Shown here: in pieces, positions 40,832 through 55,728 of the stretch
How the letters are laid out: each line of letters begins with the position of its first letter
Position numbering within the stretch: the first letter of the stretch is position 1
NCBI RefSeq assembly: GCF_006345805.1
Contig: NC_043006.1
Location: forward strand, 44,082,001 to 44,146,000
Reading direction: 5' to 3'
DNA length: 64,000 bases
Origin: Octopus sinensis
Taxonomy: Eukaryota
Notes under the pieces: model-generated
What the model was told of the DNA's origin: nothing
Seen by the model: the letters and a program-made list of their open reading frames with translations, nothing else
Databases searched by the model: none
Position numbers and translations under genes: made by a program

Positions 40832-42388
40832 GACGGGTTTCTTTCAGTTTCTGTCCACCAAATCTACTCACAAGGTCTTGGTCAGCCCAAGGATATAGTA
40901 GAAGACACTTGCCCAAGATGCCATGCAGTGGGACTGAACCTGGAACCATGTGGTTGGTAAGAAAGCTTCTTACCACACAGCCACTCCTGCGCTATATCAT
41001 AATAGCTTAATTCCCATTCTACTTGAAGTTTGCAAGTAAAAGAGAAAAAGATTAATAGTTTAATTCATGATTTAACATTATGCCCCGTATAGGAAAAACA
41101 AAGAGTAAATGGTAATCATATACACAGAATAACCAGGAGATATATGGAAAACAATACAATAATATTCTTTACAAGATAAGAGAACTTTTAATCGCCTTAA
41201 TTTCAAGGCTTGCTGATAGAGAAGGCAATAGATCTGATCCGTAAAGCAAACTCTTTCAGAGTGTTTATTAAATATAGCCAAAAGTAGGATTTAATCAGTG
41301 TTGATAATTGGATTAGAATGGTGTTAATCTCAACATGAATGGTTCCCCATGGAAATATGGCCTGGTCACAGTGATGAAAATTTGTGTGGAATTGGAGAGC
41401 TTTCAAAGAAGGAATAGAGTTGTTTTGCTTTCTAAGACAAAAAAAAAATAAATTATATATGATGCAGTAAAGCAAATGAAAAATGAATGAGTGAATGAAT
41501 GAATGATGAATGAATGAATGAATGAATGCATGCATGGACAGGTGCCTGCATGCATATATGCATGATGCAGTGTTAACAATATTAATGTAATATAACAGGT
41601 AAAATAGAGGAGCTGCAATCAGTGATTAAAAGCATCTGAAAACCGAAGTTAAGATGAGAAGAGAAAATTATTAATACAGGTGGTAGTGGACACAGGTATC
41701 AGGCCTTATTGTCACAGGAGGTAATGATGGAATCAGAAAGTTGTGCAAGTTGGGCTAGGAATGTGAAGATGACGATGATGATGATGATGATGATGACAAT
41801 ATCGATTTCAAATTTTGACACAAGGCCAGTAATTTCGGGGAAGGGAATTGAATCAGTTACACCACCCACAGTGTTTAACTGGTATTTATTTCCATTGATC
41901 CCCAAAAGATGAAAGACAAAATTAACCTCAGCAGAATTTGAACTCAGAATGTAAAGACGGGTGAAATGCTGCTAAGCATTTGCCTGACATGCTAACAATT
42001 CTTTTCTACTCTAGGCACAAAGCCCGAAATTTTAGGGGAGAGGGCCAGTCGATTAGATTGAACCCAGTATTAATTTATCGACCTTAAAAGGATGAAAGGC
42101 AAAGTCGACTGCAGCAGAATTTGAACTCAGAACGTAAAGACAGACAAAATACCACTAAGCATTTCGTCCGGCGCGCTAACATTTCTGCCAGCTCACCGCC
42201 TTACAACGATGACAATATGGGTGGCAATGATGGTGATGATAGTATAGTGTCAGTGATGGTAGCAATGAAAGGTAAGGTGGTAGAGTTGTTGGTGAAAGTA
42301 ATCATAATGGTGGTACTTCAGGTGACAATGGAGTAGACACGAACATTATTCTCAAACCAATTAATGGAAGACAGTAGATTGCAACCTA

Positions 42389-42520
<132 letters not shown>

Positions 42521-42666
42521 TTAATAGTCTGATAGTAAAATGCTGGTTTCTTAATTTTGGCACAAGGCCAGCAATTTCAGGGAAGGGAGATTAAATCGAT
42601 CAATGCTCAGCTGGTACTTACTTTATCGACCCTGAATGGATGAAAAGCAAAGTCAACCCCAGTGGA

Positions 42667-43020
42667 GTCTGATATTAAAATACTGATAGTCTGATATTAA
42701 AATATTGATAGTCTGATATTAAAATATTGATAGTCTGATATTAAAATACTGATAGTCTGATATTAAAATACTGATAGTCTGATATTAAAATACTGATAGT
42801 CTGATATTAAAATACTGATAGTCTGATATTAAAATACTGATAGTCTGATATTAAAATACTGATAGTCTGATATTAAAATGTTGATAGTCTGATATTAAAA
42901 TACTGATAGTCTGATATTAAAATACTAATAGTCTGACATCAAAATACTAATAGTCTGATATTAAAATATTAATAATCTGATATCAAAATATTAGTATGAT
43001 ATTAAAATACTAATAGTAAT
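42667..43020. repeat. 22-bp minisatellite, about 16 units, gtctgatattaaaatactgata
   Basis: Unit starts at 42667, 42689, 42711; degenerates at the right end. Confidence 0.95.
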
Positions 43021-43115
43021 TGATCTTAAGCTAGTTTCTTTTTTGTTCTTTCTAATTTTATCATCTTTATGTCAGTTGTTGCATTTGTTTTTGTTGATGT
43101 GGTTTAACTGTTTAA

Positions 43116-43339
43116 TCCTTTAGCATTCAGATTAAATTGTATTATAATTCTTATTTTTATTCACATTGTTTTGAATTAATCAGGCATTATCTTGTATCTC
43201 TGAGATTTTGACGGTGTAGTTGTAAAATTTTTAGAATGACATTGTAAGGTAAGTGTGAAAGAACCAATCTGGCAGTTTGAACATAAAACAAGCAGAATGT
43301 TCTGGCTGGATTTGGCCTGTCTGAATGTGTGTGAAAGGG
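43116..43339. mobile_element. Second piggyBac-like MITE family (ttaa-ccctttagcatt...aaaggg-ttaa)
   Basis: TTAA flanks at 43112-15 and 43340-43. Relatives at 39323-39538, about 60725-61155 and about 5990-6620 (the last split by a SINE). Confidence 0.7.
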
Positions 43340-45153
43340 TTAACCAGTCTTGATCATGCAGATTCTATAACAAAACAATGTTTTAGTCATGGCCATCCCA
43401 TTTCCCCAACACCAGATTCATCCTCCTGGTTTTTTTTTTTTTTTAAAGACAACAGGATATTGTGAGCAAGATTTGGCTGCTATTTCTAGCAGGTCAAATG
43501 ACCACCTAGTTTGCCTCATGCAAGTTAAATAAGTATTCTCCTTGCTAACAGTCAACCATAAACTAGAAATAAATCCTTTTATTCAGCTACGCAGAGCAAG
43601 ACAAGTAATGTTACTAAGTATTCAGAATGGCAATGATTGTGGCTGGAATTGAACCATTTATTACACATAACAAATTCCTACCATCTATGGCGTTAGTAAT
43701 GCTGGCACTGGCAACTTAACTTCCCCCAAACTAATTTAATGTCAACATTATTACTGCTTCAGTATCTATTTCCTTCATATTGACAAAATTTAGCAAAGAG
43801 AGTAAATGTGAAGAGAGAAAAGAGAGATGCTTTTCCATAAATTCAATCCATTAATCTCAGCTCAGCAGTATCTACAAACCACAAACACCTTTCAGCATCA
43901 CCATTTTAACTTCTTCAAGCCTCCATCTATTATACACAACCAATTTCTAACATCAAAATTCTCAGCACCTCACAATGCATCACTTAAAAAGATAAATGTA
44001 TTCAGAGTTTAGGCAAGGCCCTGGAACAACATGTCATAGAATATTATATCCATCTTATATCTTCCATGTTCTATTTGACTTCAATAATTGAAGCTCACTC
44101 TCTCTCCTTTATCAAAGTCATATTGATAAAGTAGATCAAACAATAGATGATGTAATACATTCACTGTTCAAAAGAAGCTGTTTCTATCAACAATGGGACA
44201 AAATAAAAATTCTGGAAAGTGCATTCCGATTCTGAATTCTAAACTATTGTCATGTCCTTTATCTTTTATCTTTCGTTTGACATGTTTCAAGTGTTGGACT
44301 CCGACCAAGCTGGAGCTACCCCACTGAAGGGTTCAGTTGCATGAAATCAACCACAGTACTTAAGTTTTAAGTTTGTTACTTATTTTATCAATTTCTTTTG
44401 GTGAACTACTAAGTTACAGGGACATAAACAAACCAACACCAGTTGTCAAGTAGTGGGGAGGACAAACATAAACACACATGTGTGTGTGTGCATGCGTGTG
44501 TGTGTGTATACACACACTCATACACATGCATACACATGATAGGCTTCCACTCAGTTTCTATCAACCAAATCCCCTCACAAGGAATTGGTTAGCGCAAGGT
44601 TGAGGTAGAAAGACACTTGCCCAAAGTGCTGTATGGTGGGACTGAACATGAAACAGCATCGCTGCAAAGCAAGTTTCTTAACCTCCACCTTTAGGTAACA
44701 GAATTTATCTAAAACCTCAATCCAAGCCTTATTCCCCATCTACAGCCTTGACACTGCATGATGGTTGTAAACGAATGTTACCATTCAGCCAACTGTTTCC
44801 TTTGTTTCCAATCTTTCAATGCACGCACATCTCATAAGTATTACCTTACTTGGAAACAGATGAGGGTTGGTGGTAGGAAGGGCACCCAGCCATAGAAAAT
44901 TCACCTCGACAAATTCCATCCAATCCGTACAAGCACAGAAAAGTGGATGTTAAAACAATGATGATGATGATGATGATGATAATTACACTGTAGTCATTAG
45001 ATCCCAACAATGTAGAAAGGCTGTAACTGTTTATCAAAAAGTTATTTTTTTTAAAGAAAGCTGAAACTTTGTAAAATTATAAAACACCTCAGGTGTTAAT
45101 AGAAGGTACACAAGTGGTATACATTAACTCAATTCTGCAATGAAATACCATTA

Positions 45154-45291
<138 letters not shown>

Positions 45292-45565
45292 CTAGGTATA
45301 AGATAGAGGAAATATCAATTATATATGTGAGAAACATATGGTGTCATAATGAAAAAGAAATGAGAATATCATTAAAGAATACAAATCAAAGATAATAATT
45401 TATGAAACTGTTTTGCAAGAATCTTACTGGATAACCAAGCATATATCTATACCCATCTATATCTATATACATATTTATTATTTTATTCTTTTACACATTT
45501 CAGCCCTAAGGCTGTGGCCATGCTGGGGTACCTTGTTTTTATGTCTATTTATAATCCTTTCTATT

Positions 45566-45972
45566 ATATATTTCTTTATTGCCCACAGAGGATTAAACAC
45601 AGACAGGACAAACAAAGGGATTAAGTCGATTACATTGCCCCCAGTGCATAACTGGTACTTATTTAATCAACCCCAAAAGGATGAAAAGCAAAGTCGACCT
45701 CGGTGGAATTTGAACTCAGAATGTAACGGCAGATGAAATACCTATTTCTTTACTACTCACAAGGGGCTAAACACCGAGAGGACAAACAAGGACAGACAAA
45801 CGGATTAAGTTGATTATATCGACCCCAGTGCGTAACTGGTACTTATTTAATCGACCCCAAAAGGATGAAAGGCAAAGTCGACCTCGGCGGAATTTGAACT
45901 CAGAACGTAGCAGCAGACGAAATACCGCTAAGCATTTTGCCCGGCATGCTAACGTTTCTGCCAGCTCGCCGC
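45566..45972 (-). mobile_element. SINE family B head-to-tail dimer
   Basis: Two units of tRNA-like head plus 'gactttgcctttcatccttttggggtcga' (resembles the Nin/Deu central domain from memory). Further minus copies at about 41812-42200, 42555-42666, 46050-46200, 46785-47000. Confidence 0.85.
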
Positions 45973-47447
45973 CTTTCTATTATTGGCATTTCTATTATAA
46001 TTCTTTCTATCATAGGCGTTTGGGGATGGAGCTAGTTGATAATTGACCCCAGTACTTGATCAGTACATATTTCATCGACTCCAAAAGGATGAAAAGCAAA
46101 GTCGACTTCAGCAGAATTTGAACTCAGAAAGCTAAGATAAATGAAATACCAGTAAGCATTTTATCCAGCATGCTAATGCTTCAGCTAGCTCACCATCTCA
46201 TGTTATAATATAAACAATTTAAGAATTACTTAATTCTTTTTGTAAAGTATATATTTATTATACATTTACTACTGGGGTGACTGATTTTGAAATTTTTATC
46301 TACTAGCCCTTGTTGGGCTGCAGCACATTTGGACTCCTCTTGGCTTTGTATAGTCAACAGGAACCCAAATATACCACGGTCCAACAAAAGCCAGCAGGCC
46401 AAAACTTCAAAGTCACTATCATCCCTCTTCTAGTAATATAATGTGCATGGTCGAGAAGCTCATTTCATAACCAGATGACTTCAGGTTCAATCCCACTGCT
46501 TTGGCGCCTTAGGACAATGAGGATTGGTGATAGGATTTCTAGAATAGCTTAGTTTTAACCAATGGCTTGTGGATGAAATTTGGGAAATGGAAACTGTATG
46601 AAAGCCCTTCGAAAATGTGTGTGTGCATGTGTCTGTATATGCACACAGGCACGTGCATGTGTGCATGTGCACGTATGTCTGCATGTCATCGCAGTGGTGA
46701 CACTTGTTTATGTTTGACATGAACAATGTATTTTGCAGTTCAAAATACAGTCCCCCCACCGTCACCCCAAAAAGGAGTGAAGTGATTCTTTTCTACTCTA
46801 AGCACAAGGCCCGAAATTTTGGGGGAGGGGGCCAGTCGATTAGATCAACCCCAGTATGCAACTGGTACTTAATTTATCGACACCAAAAGGATGAAACGTA
46901 AAGTCGACCTCAGTGGAATTTGAACTCAGAACGTAAAGACAGACAAAATACTGCTAAGCATTTAACCCAGCGTGCTAACAATTCTGCCAGTTTGCCAAAT
47001 TAAGGAGCGAAGTGATTATTCAGATGAAGAAAATAGTAGAGTAGACCAAATTAATTGAAATGACTCGGTTATTTTCTCTTTAAATTATAAGAAATACAAA
47101 TCTCAATAGCAATGGAGCTCATACAAAATTTTAGTCAGTATACTAAACCATCATTTGTAATACTAAAACCCAATGAATAATTTAGAATCTTGCAATTGTT
47201 TTGTTTGTTTGTTTGTTTTTTTGTTTTTTACTTCTTTTAGTTCATTCAGAAGACAAATGAAATGAGTAAGACCAAAATGAATATTTAATGAAAAAAAAAA
47301 CTGTTATTTCAAGAACTGTTCCCTGCCTTCTTTACAAGAAAAAAAATTCTTTGCAACAAGAAAGCATTGTTAATTCAGAAAAAGTTAGCTTTTTTTTTTC
47401 TCTAGGATTTAAAGCTTTTAAGTACAATGCACATATGATGATGATGC

Positions 47448-47722
47448 GGAAGCACATGGCCTAGTGGTTAGAGCAGCGAACTGGCAGTCGAGGGACCGTG
47501 GGTTCGAATCTCAGACCAGGCGATGTGCGTGTTTATGAGGGAAACACCTAAGCTCCATGCGACTCCGGCAGAAGGTAATGGTGAACTTCTACTGACTCTT
47601 TCGCCACAACTTTCTCTCTGCATCTTGCAGCTCACCTGCAACGGACCGGCGTCCCATCCATGTGGGGAACTTATACTGGGAAACCAGTCCTTATGAGCCA
47701 GGGATGGCTCAAGAAGGAACAA
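47448..47722 (+). mobile_element. SINE family D with consensus Pol III A and B boxes
   Basis: tggcctagtgg (47457-67) and ggttcgaatct (47501-11) followed by about 200 nt of non-tRNA body; only one clear copy in this window. Confidence 0.75.
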
Positions 47723-48093
47723 ACATATGATGATACAGGCATGGCTGTAGGGTAAAAAGTTTGTTTCCCAACCACATGGTTACAGGTTCAGTCCCACAGT
47801 GTGGCACTTTGGACAAGTGTTTTCTATTACGCCAAGCAGACCAAAGCCTTGCGAGAGGATTTGATAGGGGGAAACTGAAAGAAGCACAGATGTATATCTA
47901 GGTGTGGTTTTGTGTTACCGTGTCCATGACATTGCTTGATAGTTGTAAATGAGTGTCACTGTTATACAAGCAGTGTCATTCATTTCCAATATACTGTGAG
48001 AACATGTCTAGCCATGGGGAAAATATCACTTTGCTTGGAAAAAGGTGAGGGTTGGCAGCAGGAAGGGTATCCAGCCATAGACAATCTGCCTCA

Positions 48094-48291
<198 letters not shown>

Positions 48292-50481
48292 TCAAGAACA
48301 GGTCAAGTTTTATTCAGGTAGGTACTGGATGCGTTAAATCTGGCAAGAATATGAACACAATCAATATATTACAACTCTCTCGTTTTTTTTTTTATATATA
48401 TATTTTTTATTATCCCCACCACCACTTTGTAACAGTTTCTGGCAATCAGCAGCAGTTGTTGTCGAGGGACATTGCTGTTGATAGACTCTATTCAGCGCCA
48501 GAAGCTGTGTGTGACAAATACAAACAGAAAATATTTCAATACCTTCAAAAATAAAAGCAACTTGTCTCATGAAATAATTAATGACAGATTTCTTCTTGTC
48601 CAAAACTATTTCCATGCATTATGAAATTATATATATATATATAGATAGATAGATAGATAGATAGAAACACGCACACACACTCATACACACAGACATGTGC
48701 ATACATGCATGCACACACATATTTACATGCATACATGTACACACATATACGCGCACACACATGCAGACACACACTCACACATATACACACACAAATATAT
48801 ACATATGCATGTACATACACACACACACATAATTATGTACACATACATATACATACATATATATATATATATACATACATATATATACACATGCGTACAT
48901 GCATATGCATGCACACATGCATATGTATGCATATTTGTGTGTGTGAATATATATTTGTGCATGTGTAGAGAGAGAGAGGAAGAGAAAAAGAGAGACACGA
49001 TTTGAAAGAAAAAATCAGGCATCTATATATAGACTCCTTCCTGGCAAGCTGTAAGGCATTCATTTAACAGTAAACCTAATGCTACCTGATACAATCTATT
49101 GATTATAGCAAATCCAATGAAAAACTGTAATTTTATTAACTAATCAATGAGTTGAATTATTTAGCTTCAACATTCATTAAGTTTTTACTTTGAGTAGTTA
49201 GAAAAAAAATTCCGCTCGTCAGTCTGTGATAAATGGATGACGCCGTATTAAATAATTATGCGAGTTCTCTAACGACGACGACTGCATACCAACTAGCTGT
49301 ATGCATTTATGGAGTTAAATTTCGAGAAACGATAAAGAAAAATTCTGTGGTGAGGATGTAAGCATGAATGGTCATCATAATCTTATAGGAGTTTCAAAGA
49401 CAGAATCATGTAGGACGTCTTTGGTATCAATACTTTGGCTCCTTCTTTCTTGACTAACCACTCCTGATTATCACACAAATACTGCTATGGTTCTCACCCA
49501 GTAGCACTTAGCACCAAACACGTGCAAAAATGTGCAGAACAGCTTTGATCATTATGGTCTTTCAAATATTGAACACATGGCCAAAAGCCATTATAAAACC
49601 TCAAAGCTCTGTCAGACTAATAAAAGAACTGAAATTATCTCATTTCAGAAGCTGTGAAAATATTCCATCACCTTCTATGTCAGAAATAATATATACATGC
49701 AGTGTGGTATGTCTCGTATCTTCAAAACCGAATTTAGATTGACAAGCAAACTTGTGGCTGTACATTATAATAGTTTTGTCAATATCACAAACAACACTTT
49801 AGTTATTGAGCTAACAGAGCCTCTGCATGGTTGTTCCACCTGCTAGAAATACTAGCCAACTCTTCACATCATTAAATGGTGATGATGATGATGATGATGA
49901 TGATCCAGTCTACTCAGCTAGCAAAAATGAATTGTACCTGTAATTCAAAGGACCAGCATTGCCACATTCTGTTTCATGCTGAATCTCCCTGAGAGCTATG
50001 TTAAAGATATGCATGTCTATGGAATGCCCAGCCACTTGCATTTTAATTTCACAAGCAGCCTATTCCATTGATCAGACCAATAGGGAACCTTGTCATCAGA
50101 GCGCCAGTTTTATCACTGCACTACAGTCCAACTGGCTTTGGTCTTGCCCTGATACAACACTCATGTCTTCTTGGTAACCTCACTAAAACTAACAGCATTT
50201 TACCAGATTACTACTTCTCCAGCCTAAGCAAATTAACAACATCATGTTGGATCGCACTGCTGACAACCTCTTCCTTGAACATTATTAGTCACACAGACAC
50301 TGTAATTTCACCAACCTGCAGAATACTTTAGATAAATGTGATAGATAGATCAGATCAGAGCCTGGTGCAGCCATCTGGCTCGCCAGTACTCAGTCAAACC
50401 ATCCAACCCATGCCAGCATGGAAAGCAGATGTTAAACGATGATGATGATGATAGAGGTCTAGAAAATTGTAATATACTCAC

Positions 50482-50530
50482 CTTTAACTAAATCTGTGAC
50501 AGAACCAGCACCGCAGAATTCCATCACCAA
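50482..50530 (-). CDS. msn: Kinase exon: LVMEFCGAGSVTDLVK (hinge/gatekeeper)
   Basis: 49 nt, ttgcag / gtgagt, phase 0-1; continues the previous exon in frame. Confidence 0.97.
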
Positions 50531-53154
50531 CTGCAATTTAAGAAAAAAATAATTAATTTTGAATCTAAGATCAATTTAAAACACATTACTATTAAAATCG
50601 CTTGCTTTCATGTATTTAATGTTGCTTTTAATTAATTACCTAATCAACAAAGATTTATGAATATATTATTTATTATTCTTAATCAATGCCAGAGTTGCTG
50701 TGTAGAGTGGTAGAGTAAACTGCCTTGCAGCATTTAGCCTCATCTCTTTATATTCAGAGAGTTCATAGCCTATCAGAATTGATATTGCCTTTCATCTGTC
50801 TAGGACCAATAAGACAATCACAAGTCATTTAGTGCTGTTAACTTCAAAAGGAATCTATACCAGTAGTTCTCAAGCAGGGTCTGTGCAAGATTTTGTTAAA
50901 ATCTATGTGCAATAAATTGGTTATACTTGTCAATACAAACGATATTTTGTACTCTTTTACTATTTTACTTGTTTCAGTCATTTGACTGCGGCCATGCTGG
51001 AGCACTGCCTTCAGTCGAATGAATCGACCCCCAGGACATATTCTTTTTAAGCATAGTACTTATTCTATCAGTCTCTTTTGCTGAACTGCTAAGTTATGGG
51101 GACATAAACACACCAACATCGGTTGTCAAGTGATGGTGGGGGGAAAACACAGATACATAAGTATATACATATATAGATAGATATATACAATGGGCTTCTT
51201 TCAGTTTCCATCTATCAAATCCACTCACAAAGCTTTGGTCGCCCCGAGGCTATAGTAGAAGACACTTGCCCAAGGTGCTACAGGTGCTACACAGTGGGAC
51301 TGAACCCGGAACCACGTGGTTGGGAAGCAAGCTTCTTAACACACAGCCATCCCTGACCCTAATTTTAACAAATTTTTTTATACAATTCCTAATTATACAA
51401 AATTATAAAAATATATTAGGATTTTTAGAAACATCAAATGGCTATGAGGGTCCATCCGAGTATAATAGGAATCAAAGGAGTCCATAGGTGGAAGATTGAG
51501 AACCACTAATCTGTACTTTTCACAAAAAAAGGTCTGTGACCTAAAAGAAAACATCACTTCTAAATTCATAGCAACATAGTGGTAAAATAATGAGCACTTT
51601 TCTCATAAAAATAGAAATTATAATAATTATTCTCCATGTCAGCACAAGGCTGCTAATATGTAAGAGGAGATGGACAATGCTGACCAGACTGATGACACCA
51701 GGAAACAGTTGTTGTTTGATTGTGTCCGACCCCATTCAGCCCCATCAGGATGAACTGTAGTCAAAGGGAAATACAGACAAAATAATTGCATTTGAACTGC
51801 TAGGAAAATATCTTGTATTTTACTGGTTTCAGTCATTGGACTGTGGCCATGCTGGGGCACTGCCTTGAAGGGTTTAGTCAAATAAATCAACCCCAGTGAT
51901 TATTTTTTCTTTTTAAGTTTGGTAATAATTCTATTGATATATTTTGCCAAATACTAAGTTATGGGGATGTAACCAAACCAACACTAGTTATCAAGTAGCA
52001 GGGGTAGGGAACACAGACACAGACATGTTTACAATAGGCTTCCACAGTTTCCACATATCAAATTGACTCACAAGGTATTGGTCAGTCTGGAGCTATAATA
52101 GAAGACATTTGCCCATGGTGTCATATGGTGGGACTGAACCCAAAACCATATGGTTGCAAATTAAGTTCCTTAACCATTGTTATACCTGTGCTTATAGCCA
52201 TATCCGAACTTACATATTGAAATAAAATACACTAATTTTTCTTATTTTTCTTTCTTTTCTTTTTTTTTTTTTTTTTGCAGCACTATTGACTTATTGCAGG
52301 GTATGGAGGAAAAAAAGGTGACACCACAACTCACCAAATATAGTGTATCCAATAGATTTCTAGACAAAATTTCCATCAATCATATAATTTCTAGGGCTTA
52401 AGGTCAACCAGAGGTTACAGCAGAAAACCTTACCCCAAGGTGCTGCCTACATAGTAGGATCCAATCCTGGATCATATGATTGTAAAGTAAATGATTCGAT
52501 CACAAGGGTATACCAGCACCCACTAAGACTACTTAGTCCATTTACATAAAGAATTCCTGTAATTTCAACAAATGTGTGATGTGTCTCATTATAAATTTCT
52601 TATGAATAGTTCAAATTTAGAAAAATGACTATAGTTATTGATACAGCCCACAATAATTGGTGTGAATAACTGCAACATCAGAAAATAATATATTATTAAA
52701 TCCACCAATAATCAGAACGTAGCTAACTGAATTGCCCTACATACAGAATCAAGTTTTAATGAGTACCAAAGTCTGGGTTTAATGGCCAAAGCTAACTGAA
52801 AGAATTAGGAATTCAGGACTGAGGAACGCCTTCCATTGCTTTCTCCAAACCCATTGAAAGATTTCAGCTGAAATACTTCATTATTAAACAGTGCTCTAGC
52901 TATTTAATATAATTCACCTTAACAGCAGCAGTAAGCTGTTCATACCAGTGGTTCCTACTAATGGTGTGATAGGCTGAACCAGAGTTATGCATCTTAGCTA
53001 TGAACAATGCACAATGGTATTACATTCTGTTTAGTAATTTAACACCCTACAGACTCAACCAGCTGTCCAATATACACTCATATATATATATATATACACA
53101 CACAGAGTTGTTGCTTGGCTTTTTTTTTTAATCAATTAAGAACTATTTCTTTTA

Positions 53155-53361
53155 TTCTTTTATTTGTTTCAGTCATTTGACTGCAGCCATGCTGGAGCAC
53201 TGCCTTTAGTTGAACAAATCAACCCCCGGACTTATTCTTTGTAAGCATAGTACTTATTCTATCAGTCTCTCTTGCAGAGCCGCTAAGTGACAGGGACATA
53301 AACACATCAGCATTGGTTGTCAAGCGATGTTGGGGTGACAAACACAGGCACAAACATATAC

Positions 53362-53400
<39 letters not shown>

Positions 53401-53564
53401 CGACGGGCTTCTTTCAGTTTCCGCCTACCAAATCCACTCACAAGGCTTTGGTCAGCCCAAGGCTATAGTAGAAGACACTTGCCCAAGGTGCCATGCAGTG
53501 GGACTGAACCCGGAACCATGTGGTTGGTAAGCAAACTACTTACTACACAGCCACTCTTGCACCT
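53155..53564 (-). mobile_element. SINE family A, full length
   Basis: Close match to the other copies in reverse orientation. Confidence 0.9.
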
Positions 53565-54638
53565 ATAGTAACTCTGAAACCAAACATGCATCCAGGCATC
53601 ATGAAACAGTTAATAGTTGAAGACAAAAACAAGGAATTTTTTGAATAAGAAATAAAGTTGAAATAAAAAAAAAAAATTTTTAAACAAACAAATTTAAAAT
53701 ATATATAAAAATGAAAAGATAATTAAATAATTAAATAAATTAATAAAGTAGCTGCATAATGTCAGTCGAATATTTCCATCAGTGAATTACACCAGAGAGA
53801 AAAGTTGAGAGAATACAAAACTAGGATTGAATTAATCGTGAAAATCAGTTAAATAAATAGTTACTGTGAATGAGAGAAAAAGAAACAAAACAACGTAGAA
53901 GGAAATTCTAGAACAATGATTTGATACTTTTTATTGATTAGGTGATGAATTGAGAAAACGTGCAATGCCCATAGCCTTTTTCTATTCTCTCTCTAAGTAC
54001 ACATAGACTTCTAGGTGATATGAATAACTGAATGACCAAGTTAATGTTTAAATTAAACTATTGTAAGTTAGCAGTTAAAGGAGAAATGTTAATGGAGAGA
54101 GAAGTAAAAGGGGAGGAGGCAGGAAGAGGACAGCGGAAATGCTAATTAAAAGAATAGAAGGAAGGATCCATAGGATGTAGCTGTGAAGAAGGATTAGACA
54201 GATGAAAGATTAGTCAAGGATCTGCAGGTCAAGCAAAATATTTTAAGTTGGAGGTGAAGAAAAAAAGTAGATGTATTGTGTTTGACTTATGTAGGTGTTG
54301 TATAAAGTTGGCATGTTTAGAAGAGCAGAGGTCATGGCAGTCAAAGAAGAAACTAACAAGGAGGAATGCTGGCCTGTGAGTCAGATTTTGGAGTGTCAGT
54401 GAGTGGCGGTTGGAGATTAGTACTTGGCCACTGTCTAGTGTCACAGCCATTTCATTGTAACTGTGACCAACACACACACACCTTTCAAACAGCTCAGTCT
54501 ACCAAGCTGCAAATAGATACCATAACTGAAATCTTTTACAGCCAGCATTGGGCTCCGACCGACAAAATTAACAAATTCACAAAACTAACTGACCTTCACG
54601 GTCTTTAGGATCAGAAAATAATTTTATATTAGATTTGT

Positions 54639-54669
<31 letters not shown>

Positions 54670-55268
54670 GCATGTGTGTAAATAAATATCATTGCTATTA
54701 TGTTGAACTGTTGTATGTCCAAATTTGGCCAAATGCATTTTTTTTTTCAATATTTATTTTTGCTTGCGATAACCGGTTCTTTAGGTCAAACAATTGTATC
54801 TCCAGCTGCTTCTGATGCCAAGATATCAAAAATTGTCAAAGTGTAGTCCAATGGTTTTGCTATGGAATGGTGAAACTATTTTTACGTTTTCTGAAAAAGC
54901 AATGTTTTGAACTTGCAATACTTTTGCATAATATGTATATATTAGTAAGAGGAGGGATATAATATCCAAGCAGATACCGAATTTCTCTGAGAAAAATGCC
55001 AAGGCTGGTTCCTTCAGATGGTGTGCTTTTGGTAAACTTCCTCTACTATCCGATGCTGCAGTTTATTTCTTGGCCACTTAGAGTGTAAAGTACAATATTG
55101 ACAATAAGGAGAATGAAGAATTTTAACATTCAAGGTTTAAGTTTATTTCCAGTTAGTTTATTCGTAATAATTGTCTGACACCTGTTTCGGAGAATTATTA
55201 TGAATAAACTAACTGGAAATAGACAAAGTTTGAATGCTCAAATTCTTCATTCTACTTATTATTAATAT

Positions 55269-55321
<53 letters not shown>

Positions 55322-55683
55322 TTTTATTCTGTTATTTGTTTCAGTTGTTTGACTGCGGCCATGCTGGAGCACCGCCTTTAGTCGAACAAATCAACCCCAG
55401 GACTTATTCTTTGGAAGCCTGGTACTTATTCTATTAGTTTCTTTTGCTGAACCGCTAGGTTATGGGAACGTGAACACACCAACATTAGTTGTCAAGCGAT
55501 GTTGGGGGGACAAACACACATATACATATATACGATGGGCTTCTTTCAGTTTCCTTCTACCAAATCCACTTGCAAGGTTTTGGTCGGCCCATGGCTATAG
55601 TCGAAGACACTTGCCCTAGGTGCCATGCAGTGGGATTGAACCTGGAACCATGTGGTTGGTAAGCAAGCTACTTACCACACAGC

Positions 55684-55728
<45 letters not shown>

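Noticed and set aside
47448-47525. tRNA gene
   Set aside because: It has A and B boxes, but I could not build a complete cloverleaf and it runs into a SINE body; treated as a SINE head.
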